Shown here: positions 26,589 to 37,367 of the stretch, piece after piece
Position numbering within the stretch: position 1 is the first letter of the stretch
Layout of the letters: the number at the start of each line of letters is the position of its first letter
From: a virus
Lineage: Duplodnaviria > Heunggongvirae > Uroviricota > Caudoviricetes
Virus record (IMG/VR): IMGVR_UViG_3300031920_000341
Span: 1-64,000 of that record
Length of the DNA: 64,000 bases
Reading direction: 5' to 3' (one strand)
Program-made: the position numbers and the translations under genes
The notes under the pieces: generated by a model
What the model saw: only the letters and a program-made list of their open reading frames with translations
What the model was told of the DNA's origin: nothing
Database searches by the model: none

Positions 26589-28510
26589 TGAGCATATTCA
26601 CAAGCTTACATGGATTTTCTTTCATAAACGAAAATAAAGGTGTTGTACATGTTGATGTATCTGCACTTAATAACAGTGAATTAGTTCAATTTGCAAATTA
26701 TTTAAATAAAACTAATTTAAAGTATAATAGTGCAGGTGGCAGTATTATGGAAATATGGTCAGATAAGTCTGGTAATGAAATAATAGATTTACTTAATAAA
26801 TCAAATGTTGGCAGTAAACTTAAAGTAAAAATTGCTAGTGTTGAAGATTTTCATTTAGAAGTAATTAATGATTTAGATACAAGAAATTATTCTGATGATG
26901 AATTTAAAGGAATAATGAATAAATACCGAGCTGATATTGATAGTAGAATGGGTGAACTTACAGCTAAGATTAATAGTATGGAAGATAATTTTGATCCATA
27001 TAAGTTAACAGAAATAAAAAACTTGGTACTTTCACAATCAAAATACATTGAAGATTTAAAAGGCAAACTAGAACTTGAATCTTCGAACCGTAAGAATATG
27101 CAAGATTACATTAATACAATGCGTAGTCAAATTGATAATCTTAATGTTCAAAACACACAACAAACAGTTGAAATACAAAGAGTAATTGAAAATAAAATTG
27201 ATGATATCAATGTAAGAATTGATGATATATTAGATACCACAAATACAAATACACGTAAAGTAGAAGGTGACATTAGACGTCTTGTTACTGAATTTGATAG
27301 CATACGAGATGTACGTGAAAAAGATGATGCACGTGTAATAGAACTTGAAAGAAAAATTGATGCATTAAGTAAAAAATTAGAAAAGGGTGATACTGGCGGT
27401 TTAGTTAACTCTGTACTTATTGCAAATATTGCTGAAGATATTGAAACATATACTAAAACTAGGCAAAAAACTGTTGATGAAATTACTGCTCAACATATGG
27501 CAATTGAGGCACAATTAAAAGAACTAAAAGATACTGATCCTGAAAATTTCAAAATAATGACTGAAGGATTAGGCGAAATCACTAAAACTAAAATTGCTAT
27601 TTTAAATGTAGTTGAGGCTAAAAAGAAAGAAGGAAAACCTGAAGAAGAAGATAAAACCAAACCTGAAGGTGAAGAAACTTTTGATTTTGGTAAAAAGGAT
27701 CATATGACAGGTAATCAATATGTACATACAATTCATTTACCTATTGATAAAATGGTTATTTTAAATGATCTTGAAAAAATTAAAGTTATTGGAAAACAAA
27801 GGGAAAAGAAATTTGATCCTGAACTTGATAGTACAATGGCAAAAGTTTCTCGTGGCTTACATAATCTAATGGGATATGATGCTGAAAATGAAGCTGCTCA
27901 TGTGCTTGAATTTTATAGTGATTTTCGTGATGCTGTTGGTTCATTAACCGAATGGATATTTGCTAATCCTGTTGCAATGCTAACAGGTATTGCAGGTGGT
28001 ACAGTTGGTGCTCTTGTTGGTAAATCAAAAGAAGGATATGCTGCCGGAGCAGATTCTGCAGCAACAGTTGGAGAATTTATAAAACATGAAATGATTCAAA
28101 ATCCCGGAGAATTAAATCCGGCCATTATAAAATTTGAAAATTGGGTAAGAGATAAATTACATCTTGGTATAAAAACCGAAAAACCTGTTGAATCAAACGT
28201 AACCCCAGCATCAATTAGTGAAAATATGGAAGCTGGAGCTGTTGCTACACCCGATACATCAAGTGGAATGGGAGCAACACCTGGAACTACATTTGATACT
28301 GGATTAAGTATATCTGGAGCTGGAGCTGCTTTTGCACCTACAGAAACTAAAGATGGTTCGGGTGATAAATTTGAACCGGTTGGAAAGAAACAAAAGAAGA
28401 AAAAGAAAGGTGCATATAAGCAACAGCATAGATATGTTCCATTTCAAATACAAGATTTTGCTACATATAGTAGTACACTAAAAAAAATAAATTATTATGA
28501 TTGTTTATGA
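26588..28510 (+). CDS. coiled-coil virion-associated protein with capsid N-arm-like C-terminal segment
   Basis: Long heptad region; SISGAGAAFAPT...GSGDKF matches the MCP N-arm. Confidence 0.65.
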   Translation: MSIFTSLHGFSFINENKGVVHVDVSALNNSELVQFANYLNKTNLKYNSAGGSIMEIWSDKSGNEIIDLLNKSNVGSKLKVKIASVEDFHLEVINDLDTRNYSDDEFKGIMNKYRADIDSRMGELTAKINSMEDNFDPYKLTEIKNLVLSQSKYIEDLKGKLELESSNRKNMQDYINTMRSQIDNLNVQNTQQTVEIQRVIENKIDDINVRIDDILDTTNTNTRKVEGDIRRLVTEFDSIRDVREKDDARVIELERKIDALSKKLEKGDTGGLVNSVLIANIAEDIETYTKTRQKTVDEITAQHMAIEAQLKELKDTDPENFKIMTEGLGEITKTKIAILNVVEAKKKEGKPEEEDKTKPEGEETFDFGKKDHMTGNQYVHTIHLPIDKMVILNDLEKIKVIGKQREKKFDPELDSTMAKVSRGLHNLMGYDAENEAAHVLEFYSDFRDAVGSLTEWIFANPVAMLTGIAGGTVGALVGKSKEGYAAGADSAATVGEFIKHEMIQNPGELNPAIIKFENWVRDKLHLGIKTEKPVESNVTPASISENMEAGAVATPDTSSGMGATPGTTFDTGLSISGAGAAFAPTETKDGSGDKFEPVGKKQKKKKKGAYKQQHRYVPFQIQDFATYSSTLKKINYYDCL

Positions 28511-29510
28511 ATTTAAAGATTATCTCGAAGTTAAAGAAAGCATCAGACGAATAGATGAAACTAGGCTAGGTGATTGGCTAGGTAAAATGAAAGACAAATT
28601 AAAAAGTTGGCTTAGAGGTTCAACTACAAAGATTGATAACCTTATCGGTCCTCCAATATTAGATAAAATGATTGATAAAAAAACCGGTAAACTTATAGGT
28701 AATATTGTTAATCAAGATGATATTGCTAATGAAACTATACCAATATCACAAATTCTTGATAATGTAAAAAATAATATAAAAACAGGTAAATTCTTTTTAA
28801 CTGGATTACAATTTTTACAAGATTCACTTGAAAAGACTGATAATAAATTTAAACAAGATATTGCAGGTAAAACATTAAAAGAATCAATTGATGCAAATTC
28901 AACAGATAATGTTAAACAAGCAGCGGCTGGTGCATTAAAAGATAGAGGGATTGAATATGAACAAGCATTTCGTAAAAGTGTTAAGGGTGTTAAAGCCAAT
29001 CTTGAAAAAGAAATAAGTCAACTTGTTAATTCAATTGGTGCTAATAAAATGCCTACAATTAAATTAATGGCTGAGGCACGTTTTATGAATGCTCAGAATG
29101 TTTTACTATTAATTGAATACTTATTCAAAAAACGTCGTTGGAAAGTTGAAGACTTAAAAGAACTTGGTGATGAAATGGTTGATTCATATAAGAAAACCTT
29201 GGAACTCGAAGCCGATCTTGCTGAAAAAATAAAGGAAGCAGAAGATGAAATTAATGCTGCTGTTCCGGATTCAACAGATCCTAATGATTCAACAGATCCT
29301 AATGATTCAACAGATCATAAAGCAGAAGTTTATGCTAAATTTACTCTTGGACAGGAAGTTGATTATACCAAAGTATCTGGTAAAAATGCTGGAACTCCAA
29401 TTAAAGTTAAAATTGTTGCATTTAATGATTCAGCTGTAGTTATTAAAAGTGTTAATGGAAGTTCAAATTATGGAATAGGATATGAGAACTTTTTGGCTCG
29501 TACACCATAA
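28497..29510 (+). CDS. hypothetical late protein, putative head-internal protein
   Basis: MIVYEFKDYLEVKE N-terminus; STDPND repeats before a small C-terminal beta domain. Confidence 0.6.
   Translation: MIVYEFKDYLEVKESIRRIDETRLGDWLGKMKDKLKSWLRGSTTKIDNLIGPPILDKMIDKKTGKLIGNIVNQDDIANETIPISQILDNVKNNIKTGKFFLTGLQFLQDSLEKTDNKFKQDIAGKTLKESIDANSTDNVKQAAAGALKDRGIEYEQAFRKSVKGVKANLEKEISQLVNSIGANKMPTIKLMAEARFMNAQNVLLLIEYLFKKRRWKVEDLKELGDEMVDSYKKTLELEADLAEKIKEAEDEINAAVPDSTDPNDSTDPNDSTDHKAEVYAKFTLGQEVDYTKVSGKNAGTPIKVKIVAFNDSAVVIKSVNGSSNYGIGYENFLARTP
29268..29316 (+). repeat. 18-nt tandem repeat x2.7 (DSTDPN)
   Basis: GATTCAACAGATCCTAAT units. Confidence 0.85.
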
Positions 29511-29549
29511 TAAAGTACATTTATAAGACATGTCCCATAAATGGGATAT

Positions 29550-29587
29550 AATAGGGACAGAATAAAGGACATTCTGTCCCTATTTTT
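29550..29587 (+). terminator. intrinsic terminator
   Basis: 14-bp stem AATAGGGACAGAAT/ATTCTGTCCCTATT running into a T-tract. Confidence 0.8.
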
Positions 29588-29653
29588 ATCTTATATACAA
29601 AGACATTCTATATACTTATTGTTTTACAGATAAATAAAAATAAACATTATATA

Positions 29654-31474
29654 ATGCCAGGAATAATTGGAGGAATAATTGGAGGAACAATTCCAGTAGG
29701 ATCATTTAAAGGAATAGTTGATAAAGTAGGTCCAGATTTTGATGTATATGATAATAAAATAAATGTAGATGAAGTACCAGGAATGATGGGTACAGAATCT
29801 TTATTTAATCAATATAGTGTTTTTTCATTAATTAAAGCATCAGCAAATTCAAGAACTGATTCATATAATACTAATGTACATAAAGATGTGCAAAAAAGTT
29901 TTGATGATTTTAGTAATTATAGTTTTAGTACAATTACATATGAAGATCCAATAACTGGTAAAATAGCAGATAATGGAGGATATTTACACTCTGATGATTA
30001 TTCATCAAATTCTTCAAAAAGACCCACTGCTCAAAATATAATAGATTATGCTAAAGATGAAGGAGGCTTACAATTAACAGGTCCAATGCCATATTCGTGG
30101 TCAGATTTTTTATATTGCAAATACTATGGAATGATACCAAATAATAATCTTATTACATTAAGAAGGTATCCGCTTCCTGTATATGATAATGCAAAAACAC
30201 CTAATGGCGAACCAATACCTCCAATTGCACAAGCAGTAACATGGATGGGTGAACAAACTGAGAATAAAATGTCTGAAGTTATGTCATTCAGTTATGGATT
30301 AGTATGGAAAGAGATTGAAGCTGAAGTACAGGATATAGAAGGTATAGAACGAGGATTTGGTGTTGGAGCAGAAGCCGCTGGAAGTAAATATGTAGGTAAA
30401 GCAGGATCTATTTTATCTATGTTTGGCGGTAAAGCCGCACAAAGTAGATGGTCTGGTCTTTCTGAAAAGGAACAAGATTGGAGAAGAGGAGCCTGGGATA
30501 ATAATGGACCATACTGGAATCAAGTATATGGACCAGTTAACGTTGTACATAAAACTCATATGCGTGATAGAGGTATGGAATTTGATCATACAATAAAATT
30601 AAATTTTCATTATTCATTAAAATCAATAAACAGCTTAAATCCAAAAGTTGTTATGCTTGACTTAATTTCTAGTTTCCTTAGTTTAACATATAATAATGCT
30701 AAGTTTTGGGGTGGTGCAAATAGATACTTTCCAAATTATGCTGATGCTACATTATTCATGGGCGATCAAAATGCTTTTTATAGTGGTAATTGGGATGGAT
30801 ATTTTGAAAGTGTAGGAGATAAGTTATCAAGCATGGGTTCAAGTTTAATAGATGGTTTAAAACAAATGTTTTCAAAAGGTGGTGGTGGTTTAAGTGAATT
30901 ACTTAATGTAATAAAGGATAAAGCCGGAAATGCTATAATGGGTAAATTAACAAGACAAAGTAGACCACATATTTTATCAATACGTAGTTTATTAAGTGGT
31001 GATCCAATTGGAGAATGGCACCTTACAATTGGTAATCCAATGAATCCTTCATTTACGATAGGTAATTTAATTGTTGATGATGTTAAAGTAGTATTTGGTG
31101 ATATACTTGGTGCAGATGATTTTCCAACTGATGTAACATTTACTGTAACACTTAAACACGGAAGACCAAGAGATAAGGGTGATATTGAATCTATGTTAAA
31201 TTACGGTTATGGTAGAATGACATATTCTCCAATGACTCGTATGCCGTCAGCAGCTGGTACATTTGGTCAAGCATATGTAAAAGATGCAGCAGCAAATGCA
31301 GCAGCAGCTATTAGTGGAGGTGCTAAAAATTTAGAAACAGAAACAGAAAAGTTTGTTACTACAGCAGATACATATAATAGAGTTCATGGTCGTATGAGTA
31401 GACAATGGGGTCCTAAATATGCAGATAGTAGTAACTTTGGTTGGATATTAGGTAAAACTAAAGGTAAGTTTTAA
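29654..31474 (+). CDS. putative baseplate/tail-tube-initiator structural protein
   Basis: First gene of late operon (GATAAATA); DFLYCKYYG.IPNN.LITLRRYP, GEWHLTIGNP, DDFPT...F.V.LKHGRPRD. Confidence 0.6.
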   Translation: MPGIIGGIIGGTIPVGSFKGIVDKVGPDFDVYDNKINVDEVPGMMGTESLFNQYSVFSLIKASANSRTDSYNTNVHKDVQKSFDDFSNYSFSTITYEDPITGKIADNGGYLHSDDYSSNSSKRPTAQNIIDYAKDEGGLQLTGPMPYSWSDFLYCKYYGMIPNNNLITLRRYPLPVYDNAKTPNGEPIPPIAQAVTWMGEQTENKMSEVMSFSYGLVWKEIEAEVQDIEGIERGFGVGAEAAGSKYVGKAGSILSMFGGKAAQSRWSGLSEKEQDWRRGAWDNNGPYWNQVYGPVNVVHKTHMRDRGMEFDHTIKLNFHYSLKSINSLNPKVVMLDLISSFLSLTYNNAKFWGGANRYFPNYADATLFMGDQNAFYSGNWDGYFESVGDKLSSMGSSLIDGLKQMFSKGGGGLSELLNVIKDKAGNAIMGKLTRQSRPHILSIRSLLSGDPIGEWHLTIGNPMNPSFTIGNLIVDDVKVVFGDILGADDFPTDVTFTVTLKHGRPRDKGDIESMLNYGYGRMTYSPMTRMPSAAGTFGQAYVKDAAANAAAAISGGAKNLETETEKFVTTADTYNRVHGRMSRQWGPKYADSSNFGWILGKTKGKF

Positions 31475-31488
31475 AATAAAATTGTTGT

Positions 31489-32079
31489 ATGATTACATTA
31501 GAAACAATATATAGAAAACCTGCATTTCTTAAATCGGATGGCAATTATGTTATAGACTTAATTAAATCTTCTATTAATTACTTATTTTATCCAGATGCCA
31601 AAAGTGTAGTTATAGTGACTGATGATTTTCAGATGCGTCCAGATTTGATAGCAGGTAGTACAATGGGAGATCCAAATAAAATGGATTATATTTTAAAATT
31701 CAATGGTGTATCTAATCCATTTTCTCCAATAATTGGTGATGTTTTAGTAATACCAGATGATCAACAAATGGCTACATCATTTTTTACACCAGAATCTGAA
31801 GAAAGCGAACAAGAGAGTGAACTTAAAGTTGCTGCAACAAAACCAGCTTTAGCTAAAGATAAACTAAGATTAGAATATTTGAAAAGAAAACTAGATGATG
31901 CAAATCTACCATTATTGCCTCCAAACATTAATCAACCAGATGCACAAAATATTAAATATAAAAATGGTAAGATTATATTTGGCGAAGACGTTACAAATTT
32001 TAATGAAGATAATTGTCCGGTTGTATTAACAAGAGCACGTGTTAAGGAAAGACTTCTTAGTAAAAAAATATTTGCATAA
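31489..32079 (+). CDS. baseplate wedge protein (T4 gp53/LysM-like)
   Basis: RPDLIA...G......ILKFNG.SNPF....GDVL.IP. Confidence 0.75.
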   Translation: MITLETIYRKPAFLKSDGNYVIDLIKSSINYLFYPDAKSVVIVTDDFQMRPDLIAGSTMGDPNKMDYILKFNGVSNPFSPIIGDVLVIPDDQQMATSFFTPESEESEQESELKVAATKPALAKDKLRLEYLKRKLDDANLPLLPPNINQPDAQNIKYKNGKIIFGEDVTNFNEDNCPVVLTRARVKERLLSKKIFA

Positions 32080-33551
32080 TGGGTGTTAAATTAAAAACAT
32101 ATACTCAGCCAACAATACCATTAAAAGAAATGGCAATAATGGATACTGAAACACCTGATAATGAAGTAGGTGCTGAAGATACATCAGTATTAAAAAGTAG
32201 ATTAACAGGTAGAATATCGCCATATCTTAAAATTGATGGATTTGTTTTGGATCATCATTCTATTATATCAATGGAAATAGATATTAAAGGAAATATACCA
32301 AAATATTCATTTACAATAATTGATAAAAATGGTGTATTTGCATCAAACCATATTCCAAAAAGCGATATTATAGCCAATTTATATATAAGATCTAGTAATG
32401 ATACATATAAACCTATTCGTAATGATATTTATATAACACAGATTACTCCACTTGGTAGAGGAACTCCAGCTGAAGCATCTGAGGGTAAGGGTAATACGTA
32501 TTTAATAAAGGGTATATTATTTATACCTAATATTAGTGACAAAAGCACAGCAAAGGCTTATCCTGGTACATCTAAAAATGCTTTACTTAAAATATCAGAA
32601 AATTTAAAATTAGGATTTGTTACAAATGAAGATGTAACAGTAGATTCTATGAATTGGCTTAAGCTTGATTCATATTATCAAGCAATAAATGATATAACGA
32701 AAAGTGCATATAAAAATGAAAATAGTTTTTATGATTGGTTTATTGATCCTTATTATTGTTTAAATTTTATTAATATTTCTGATATGCTTAATAGTGATGA
32801 TAATTGGGATTATTTTATTCCGCAATTTGTTGGCGGTATTAAATATTTGAAAACATCATCACGTGGCGGCGGAGCAAAAGAACCTATTAAAAATATTGAA
32901 AATTCCGATATACCATTAATGCTTTCTAATTTATCTAATTTATCCGGTCTTGATAATTTTATTTCATCATATAAATTAGTTACAAAACAAGGTTTAACAT
33001 TAAATGAATATTCATATATGCATGGGTTAAATTTTTATGAGAGTACTGAACCATATAAAGAACCGAGTGAAAATTTTGTTAGTTATAATTTATCATCATA
33101 TGAGATGTATAAAATAAAAAATACTGATATTAAAGATGTTAAAAGATATACTTATGGCGGTATAGAATATCACAATGGACATGAATTTTATGTACATGCA
33201 CAGACAATGAATAAGAAAAATTTATCTGAATTAAATAATATAAACCTTGTAGTTGAAACCGATGAAGTAAATTTTCATATAGTACGTGGTATGCGTATTC
33301 CTGTATTTATAATTAAAGAAGGCTTAGAAACAAGAAATGAGGATACTGATTCACAATTAGAAGATAATAAAAGTAAAGCATTGAAGAAGATAGAAGATAT
33401 TTTACAAATTAATATAAGTAATGTATTAACAGGATATTATTTTGTTCGCGGAATCAAATACACATATGGTTTAAGCAATAGAGATGGATACTTCTTTAAA
33501 ACAGAATTTACATTGGCAAAAACTGTATGGGAAGATTTTTTTAAAAATTAA
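32079..33551 (+). CDS. putative baseplate hub protein (gp27-like)
   Basis: Position between gp53-like and gp5-like genes; C-terminal L.GYY.V.GI.Y. Confidence 0.55.
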   Translation: MGVKLKTYTQPTIPLKEMAIMDTETPDNEVGAEDTSVLKSRLTGRISPYLKIDGFVLDHHSIISMEIDIKGNIPKYSFTIIDKNGVFASNHIPKSDIIANLYIRSSNDTYKPIRNDIYITQITPLGRGTPAEASEGKGNTYLIKGILFIPNISDKSTAKAYPGTSKNALLKISENLKLGFVTNEDVTVDSMNWLKLDSYYQAINDITKSAYKNENSFYDWFIDPYYCLNFINISDMLNSDDNWDYFIPQFVGGIKYLKTSSRGGGAKEPIKNIENSDIPLMLSNLSNLSGLDNFISSYKLVTKQGLTLNEYSYMHGLNFYESTEPYKEPSENFVSYNLSSYEMYKIKNTDIKDVKRYTYGGIEYHNGHEFYVHAQTMNKKNLSELNNINLVVETDEVNFHIVRGMRIPVFIIKEGLETRNEDTDSQLEDNKSKALKKIEDILQINISNVLTGYYFVRGIKYTYGLSNRDGYFFKTEFTLAKTVWEDFFKN

Positions 33552-33560
33552 TAAAAAGTA

Positions 33561-34580
33561 ATGTATAATTTTATAAATGTATTTAATAATGTAGAAAGAT
33601 TTAGAAGGGGTTATATTGAAGCGCCCGAAGGTAGAGATGAACCAACATTTTTAACATTTTCAATTGATTTTGATTTTGAATCTACATTTAATAATGAATT
33701 TTTTGGTTTATATGATAGTCCATTATTTCAAGAAACCGATCCGCAATATAGTGCAATACACTTTTTAGAAAATAGGGGATTTAGGGCAGAGGCTGCTAGA
33801 TTACGTGAATTTAGAACTTTGCTTCATTATATTACTGTATATGAACCTTGGTTTTTCCAATCTATAAGCGGATTAGGTGGTTTATGGAAAGGCGCAACTC
33901 AAATGGATCAAAATTATAAAGGCAAAGAAAAGGTTGTTGAAATACAAACATTAGAATCACTTGATCTTACTGTTACATATCTTGCTGATTTATATAGAAA
34001 TGCGGTATATGATATGATATACATGAGAGAATTATTACCTGAAAATCTAAGGTATTTTTCTATGGATATTTATGTTTCTGAATTTAGGAATCTAAAAACA
34101 CTTCTTGAAAATGCTGTATTTACTGGTATTATGAAAACAAGTGCTACAACAGATCTTTTATCAAGAGGTTTAGAATTAGTAAGAGGAGCATCAAATTATT
34201 TTGAAAAGAATTCATCATTTATAAAGTTCACTTGTAATTTTTGTGAATTTGATTTTTCTGGTTCACTTCCAGTACAGGATGGTATGAATGTTCATACACC
34301 AGAACTAGCTACCAATAAATTTGCAATTAAAACAAATTGGTATAGAGAAACAAGTAACTATCCATTACATCCAGTTAAAACCGAACAAAAACTTTCAAAG
34401 CATAAAGACAATGATGGTGAATGGTTAAATAAGAAAATGGTTAATTTAAATGATATTGCAAATTCTGTTTCTACAATAATAAGTAGTGGACAGTATCTTA
34501 AAAATACCTTTAGTGATTTAGGTACATTCAATGGAGGAACTGGTGCTTCTGCTTCTAATAGTGGATACTATGGTAATTAA
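33561..34580 (+). CDS. putative tail-tube-like/baseplate protein
   Basis: DEPTFL.F, PWFFQSISGL, ESLDL....L.DLYR; baseplate operon context. Confidence 0.5.
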   Translation: MYNFINVFNNVERFRRGYIEAPEGRDEPTFLTFSIDFDFESTFNNEFFGLYDSPLFQETDPQYSAIHFLENRGFRAEAARLREFRTLLHYITVYEPWFFQSISGLGGLWKGATQMDQNYKGKEKVVEIQTLESLDLTVTYLADLYRNAVYDMIYMRELLPENLRYFSMDIYVSEFRNLKTLLENAVFTGIMKTSATTDLLSRGLELVRGASNYFEKNSSFIKFTCNFCEFDFSGSLPVQDGMNVHTPELATNKFAIKTNWYRETSNYPLHPVKTEQKLSKHKDNDGEWLNKKMVNLNDIANSVSTIISSGQYLKNTFSDLGTFNGGTGASASNSGYYGN

Positions 34581-34596
34581 TTAAAAATTTATTAAT

Positions 34597-35340
34597 ATGC
34601 AATTAACTGATAATTATATAGGAACAATAGAGGATATCGATGATCCTCAAAAAAGCGGTAGAACTAAAATTAGAATCCCATGGTTACATGGTGATATAGA
34701 AACACAATATTTACCATGGGCTACACAATTAAATGCTGAAATATTTGGATTAGATGCTCGTGCAGGGAATATATCTATACCTAAAGTTGGTGGAGTTGTT
34801 AATGTTCACTTTAGAGATAATGATATGTATAAACCAGAATATACTTCCATACAAGAACTTGCAACTGATGTATTAGATGAATTAAATAATGAATATGTCG
34901 GAACACACATTTTTGCATTTGATGGTGATGTTAAACTTAAAATGTATTATACTAAGACCAAAGGTTTAACATTTATGTTAGATGGTTCAAGAATTAATAT
35001 AGCTACAGATAATGTTGTTACTATTGAACATAAAGATAGTACATCAATGATAGAACTTGATGGTGGAACAATAACAGTTACATCAGATAGCCAAGTTAAT
35101 ATAACTGCCGGTACACGTATTAAATCTGAAGCACAAGAAATATGGGAAAACGGAAAGATAACAAAGATTGGGCATGAACCACAATTTTCAGCGGTATTAG
35201 GTGAACCATTAATGGCATTATTACAACTATTGGCACAGATGATTGATGTTAAAATGTATCCAACACCACAAGTTGCAGCTGCAGCTGTAGATAAGCTAAA
35301 GACTCAAATATTATCGGATACGGTTAGGGTTTCTAAATAA
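34597..35340 (+). CDS. baseplate spike, gp5/VgrG OB-fold
   Basis: YIG.IEDIDDP.K.GR.KIRIP.LHG......LPWA, SIPKVG..V.V.F, beta-helix-like repeats. Confidence 0.85.
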   Translation: MQLTDNYIGTIEDIDDPQKSGRTKIRIPWLHGDIETQYLPWATQLNAEIFGLDARAGNISIPKVGGVVNVHFRDNDMYKPEYTSIQELATDVLDELNNEYVGTHIFAFDGDVKLKMYYTKTKGLTFMLDGSRINIATDNVVTIEHKDSTSMIELDGGTITVTSDSQVNITAGTRIKSEAQEIWENGKITKIGHEPQFSAVLGEPLMALLQLLAQMIDVKMYPTPQVAAAAVDKLKTQILSDTVRVSK

Positions 35341-35760
35341 TTATGTTAAAATATAATTTGGATCGGTTCCGTAATCAAAGAATTCAAAATCATTTTGATT
35401 AATTATTATGAATGAATATTCATAAGGATCACGTATTTCAACAATAACAAAGGATTTATCATTGTATTTATATTTTGTTAAATATGTTGTTTGGTCTATA
35501 CTACGTAATGTTACATCATCAACTTGCTCAGATTTAGCAAGGATATGCATTTTAAAAAATCCAAAGTCTTCTGAATCACCTGGTGTATTTACTGTAAATA
35601 ATAAATTTTCTGGTTTTGCTTGTAATAAATCAGTAACCGCATTTACAAGTTTTTCTATACTACCATGTTCTATAATATCAGGTATTGGAGAATCAGATTG
35701 AAAACTAATCCATTCGGTTTTATTTAATCGTTCATTTATGAAGTTATAAAATTCTTTCAT
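35341..35760 (-). CDS. hypothetical protein with capsid-targeting-like N-terminus
   Basis: MKEFYNFINE resembles T4 IPIII MKTYQEFIAE. Confidence 0.65.
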   Translation of the reverse strand: MKEFYNFINERLNKTEWISFQSDSPIPDIIEHGSIEKLVNAVTDLLQAKPENLLFTVNTPGDSEDFGFFKMHILAKSEQVDDVTLRSIDQTTYLTKYKYNDKSFVIVEIRDPYEYSFIIINQNDFEFFDYGTDPNYILT

Positions 35761-35761
35761 C

Positions 35762-36064
35762 TTACCATGTATGTGATAACCACAATAAATAATTTTCTAT
35801 CGATACTCCATGTGGAACATCATTTAACATTTCGTCAAAATCTGTTCCACTTAGATTAAAATCAACACCATCAGATCTCAGTATATAAATAGTTTTCTTT
35901 TCATCATCTATAATAACTTCCCCGCCTTTTAGTGCCGTATTATTAATATCATCAATTATATCACTATCCAAATATTGCTTTTGTTGTTCCTGATTAGTAG
36001 GAAGCGGATCACCAACAATATTGACAGCCCAATCCTCAAAAAACTCTATTTGGAATGTTTTCAT
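35762..36064 (-). CDS. hypothetical protein
   Basis: MKTFQIEFFEDW N-terminus; coupled to neighbours. Confidence 0.6.
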   Translation of the reverse strand: MKTFQIEFFEDWAVNIVGDPLPTNQEQQKQYLDSDIIDDINNTALKGGEVIIDDEKKTIYILRSDGVDFNLSGTDFDEMLNDVPHGVSIENYLLWLSHTW

Positions 36065-36435
36065 TGCGCTTGTGGTAAATCATCATCATCCTCTTCTTGT
36101 GTCTGTATTACACCTGCATCGGGAATTTGAAATTCATCCTGTGTTTCGTCTTGTATATCACCAGGTAATTCCATTGGTAATTCATCTTGCACTTGAGTTT
36201 GAGTTTGAATTTTTGGTTCATTAGGATCAGAAATTGTACTTAATTCGCCTTTAAAATCAAGTATGACTTCATTAAGTTTTTTAAGAGCTGCGTTTAATCC
36301 TGTAGATGCAACTGGTTTTTCACCAAGTAATTCTTGGAATTCTTTATATAAAGCTACAATGTCAGAATATTTGTCTGTCATTATACTTATATTCTCATTT
36401 AACTTGAGATATTGTTTTAAATTAACGAATGCCAT
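36061..36435 (-). CDS. hypothetical late protein with acidic Q-rich tail
   Basis: MAFVNLKQYLKLNE; AATATATA upstream. Confidence 0.6.
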   Translation of the reverse strand: MAFVNLKQYLKLNENISIMTDKYSDIVALYKEFQELLGEKPVASTGLNAALKKLNEVILDFKGELSTISDPNEPKIQTQTQVQDELPMELPGDIQDETQDEFQIPDAGVIQTQEEDDDDLPQAQ

Positions 36436-36484
36436 GTTATTAAGGTATTTTTAATTATATATTTGTTATTATAACACGTGTTTC

Positions 36485-37324
36485 TTATTTGCCGCGTAAT
36501 GATTCTAGTTTAGACATTTCAGATGGAAATATTATTCTTTTTCCCGGTTCATATTGACAAGCATGTTCAATATCACGAATTCCTTTTACTAATTTGAATA
36601 ATCCAGAAGGTTCAACCGATGATTTCTGGTCAGAACCCCATAAATCGCGATTTAGAGTCACGTGGCGCTCTATCCACGTTACGCCCATAGAAACAGTAGC
36701 AAATGTGGTTGCAAGCCCATATTCGTGCCCAGAATAGCCCACTTCTGTTCCATATGTATCTTGTAGATGTTTTATGTATAGTAAATTAAGTTCTTCAACT
36801 GGTGAAGGATAAGTTGAACATGTATGCATTATTACATCAGGATTAGCATGACATACCGCTTCTACTATTTGATCTTCTGTACTCATACCTGTTGACATAA
36901 TAAGTATATCTGAATTTTCACGTGCATATTTAGCAAGATCCTCATTAACTAAATGTGCTGAAGGTATTTTTAATATTAAAGGTGTAGATTCTTTTTTATA
37001 TTGTTGTAAAAAATCAACTGAATCTTTATCCCAAACCGAAGCGAACCATTTAATTCCTGCACGTAAACAAAATTCATCTATTTGATCATATTCGGCTTTA
37101 TTGAATTCAACTTTATATTTATATTCCATATAGGTCATTTCTCCCCATGGTGTTTGTTTAATCTTATTACGTTGTTCAATAGGTACACATAATTCAGGAG
37201 TACGTTTTTGAAATTTAACATAATCGCAACCAGCAGCAGCAGCAATTTCAATTAATTGTTTGGCTATTCTTAAATCACCATTTGCATTAATACCAATCTC
37301 GGCAATAATATTGACTTTTTCCAT
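36485..37324 (-). CDS. neuB: nonulosonic acid (Neu/KDN-type) synthase, short form without SAF/AFP domain
   Basis: IIAEIGINANG, VKFQKR, FASVWD, KIPSA, STGMST, HTCSTYP, GYSGHE, IERHVTL, GSDQ.SS.EP. Confidence 0.92.
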   Translation of the reverse strand: MEKVNIIAEIGINANGDLRIAKQLIEIAAAAGCDYVKFQKRTPELCVPIEQRNKIKQTPWGEMTYMEYKYKVEFNKAEYDQIDEFCLRAGIKWFASVWDKDSVDFLQQYKKESTPLILKIPSAHLVNEDLAKYARENSDILIMSTGMSTEDQIVEAVCHANPDVIMHTCSTYPSPVEELNLLYIKHLQDTYGTEVGYSGHEYGLATTFATVSMGVTWIERHVTLNRDLWGSDQKSSVEPSGLFKLVKGIRDIEHACQYEPGKRIIFPSEMSKLESLRGK

Positions 37325-37367
37325 TAATATGGTTTTTTTAAATTATACAATTAAAAACATTTAAGTT

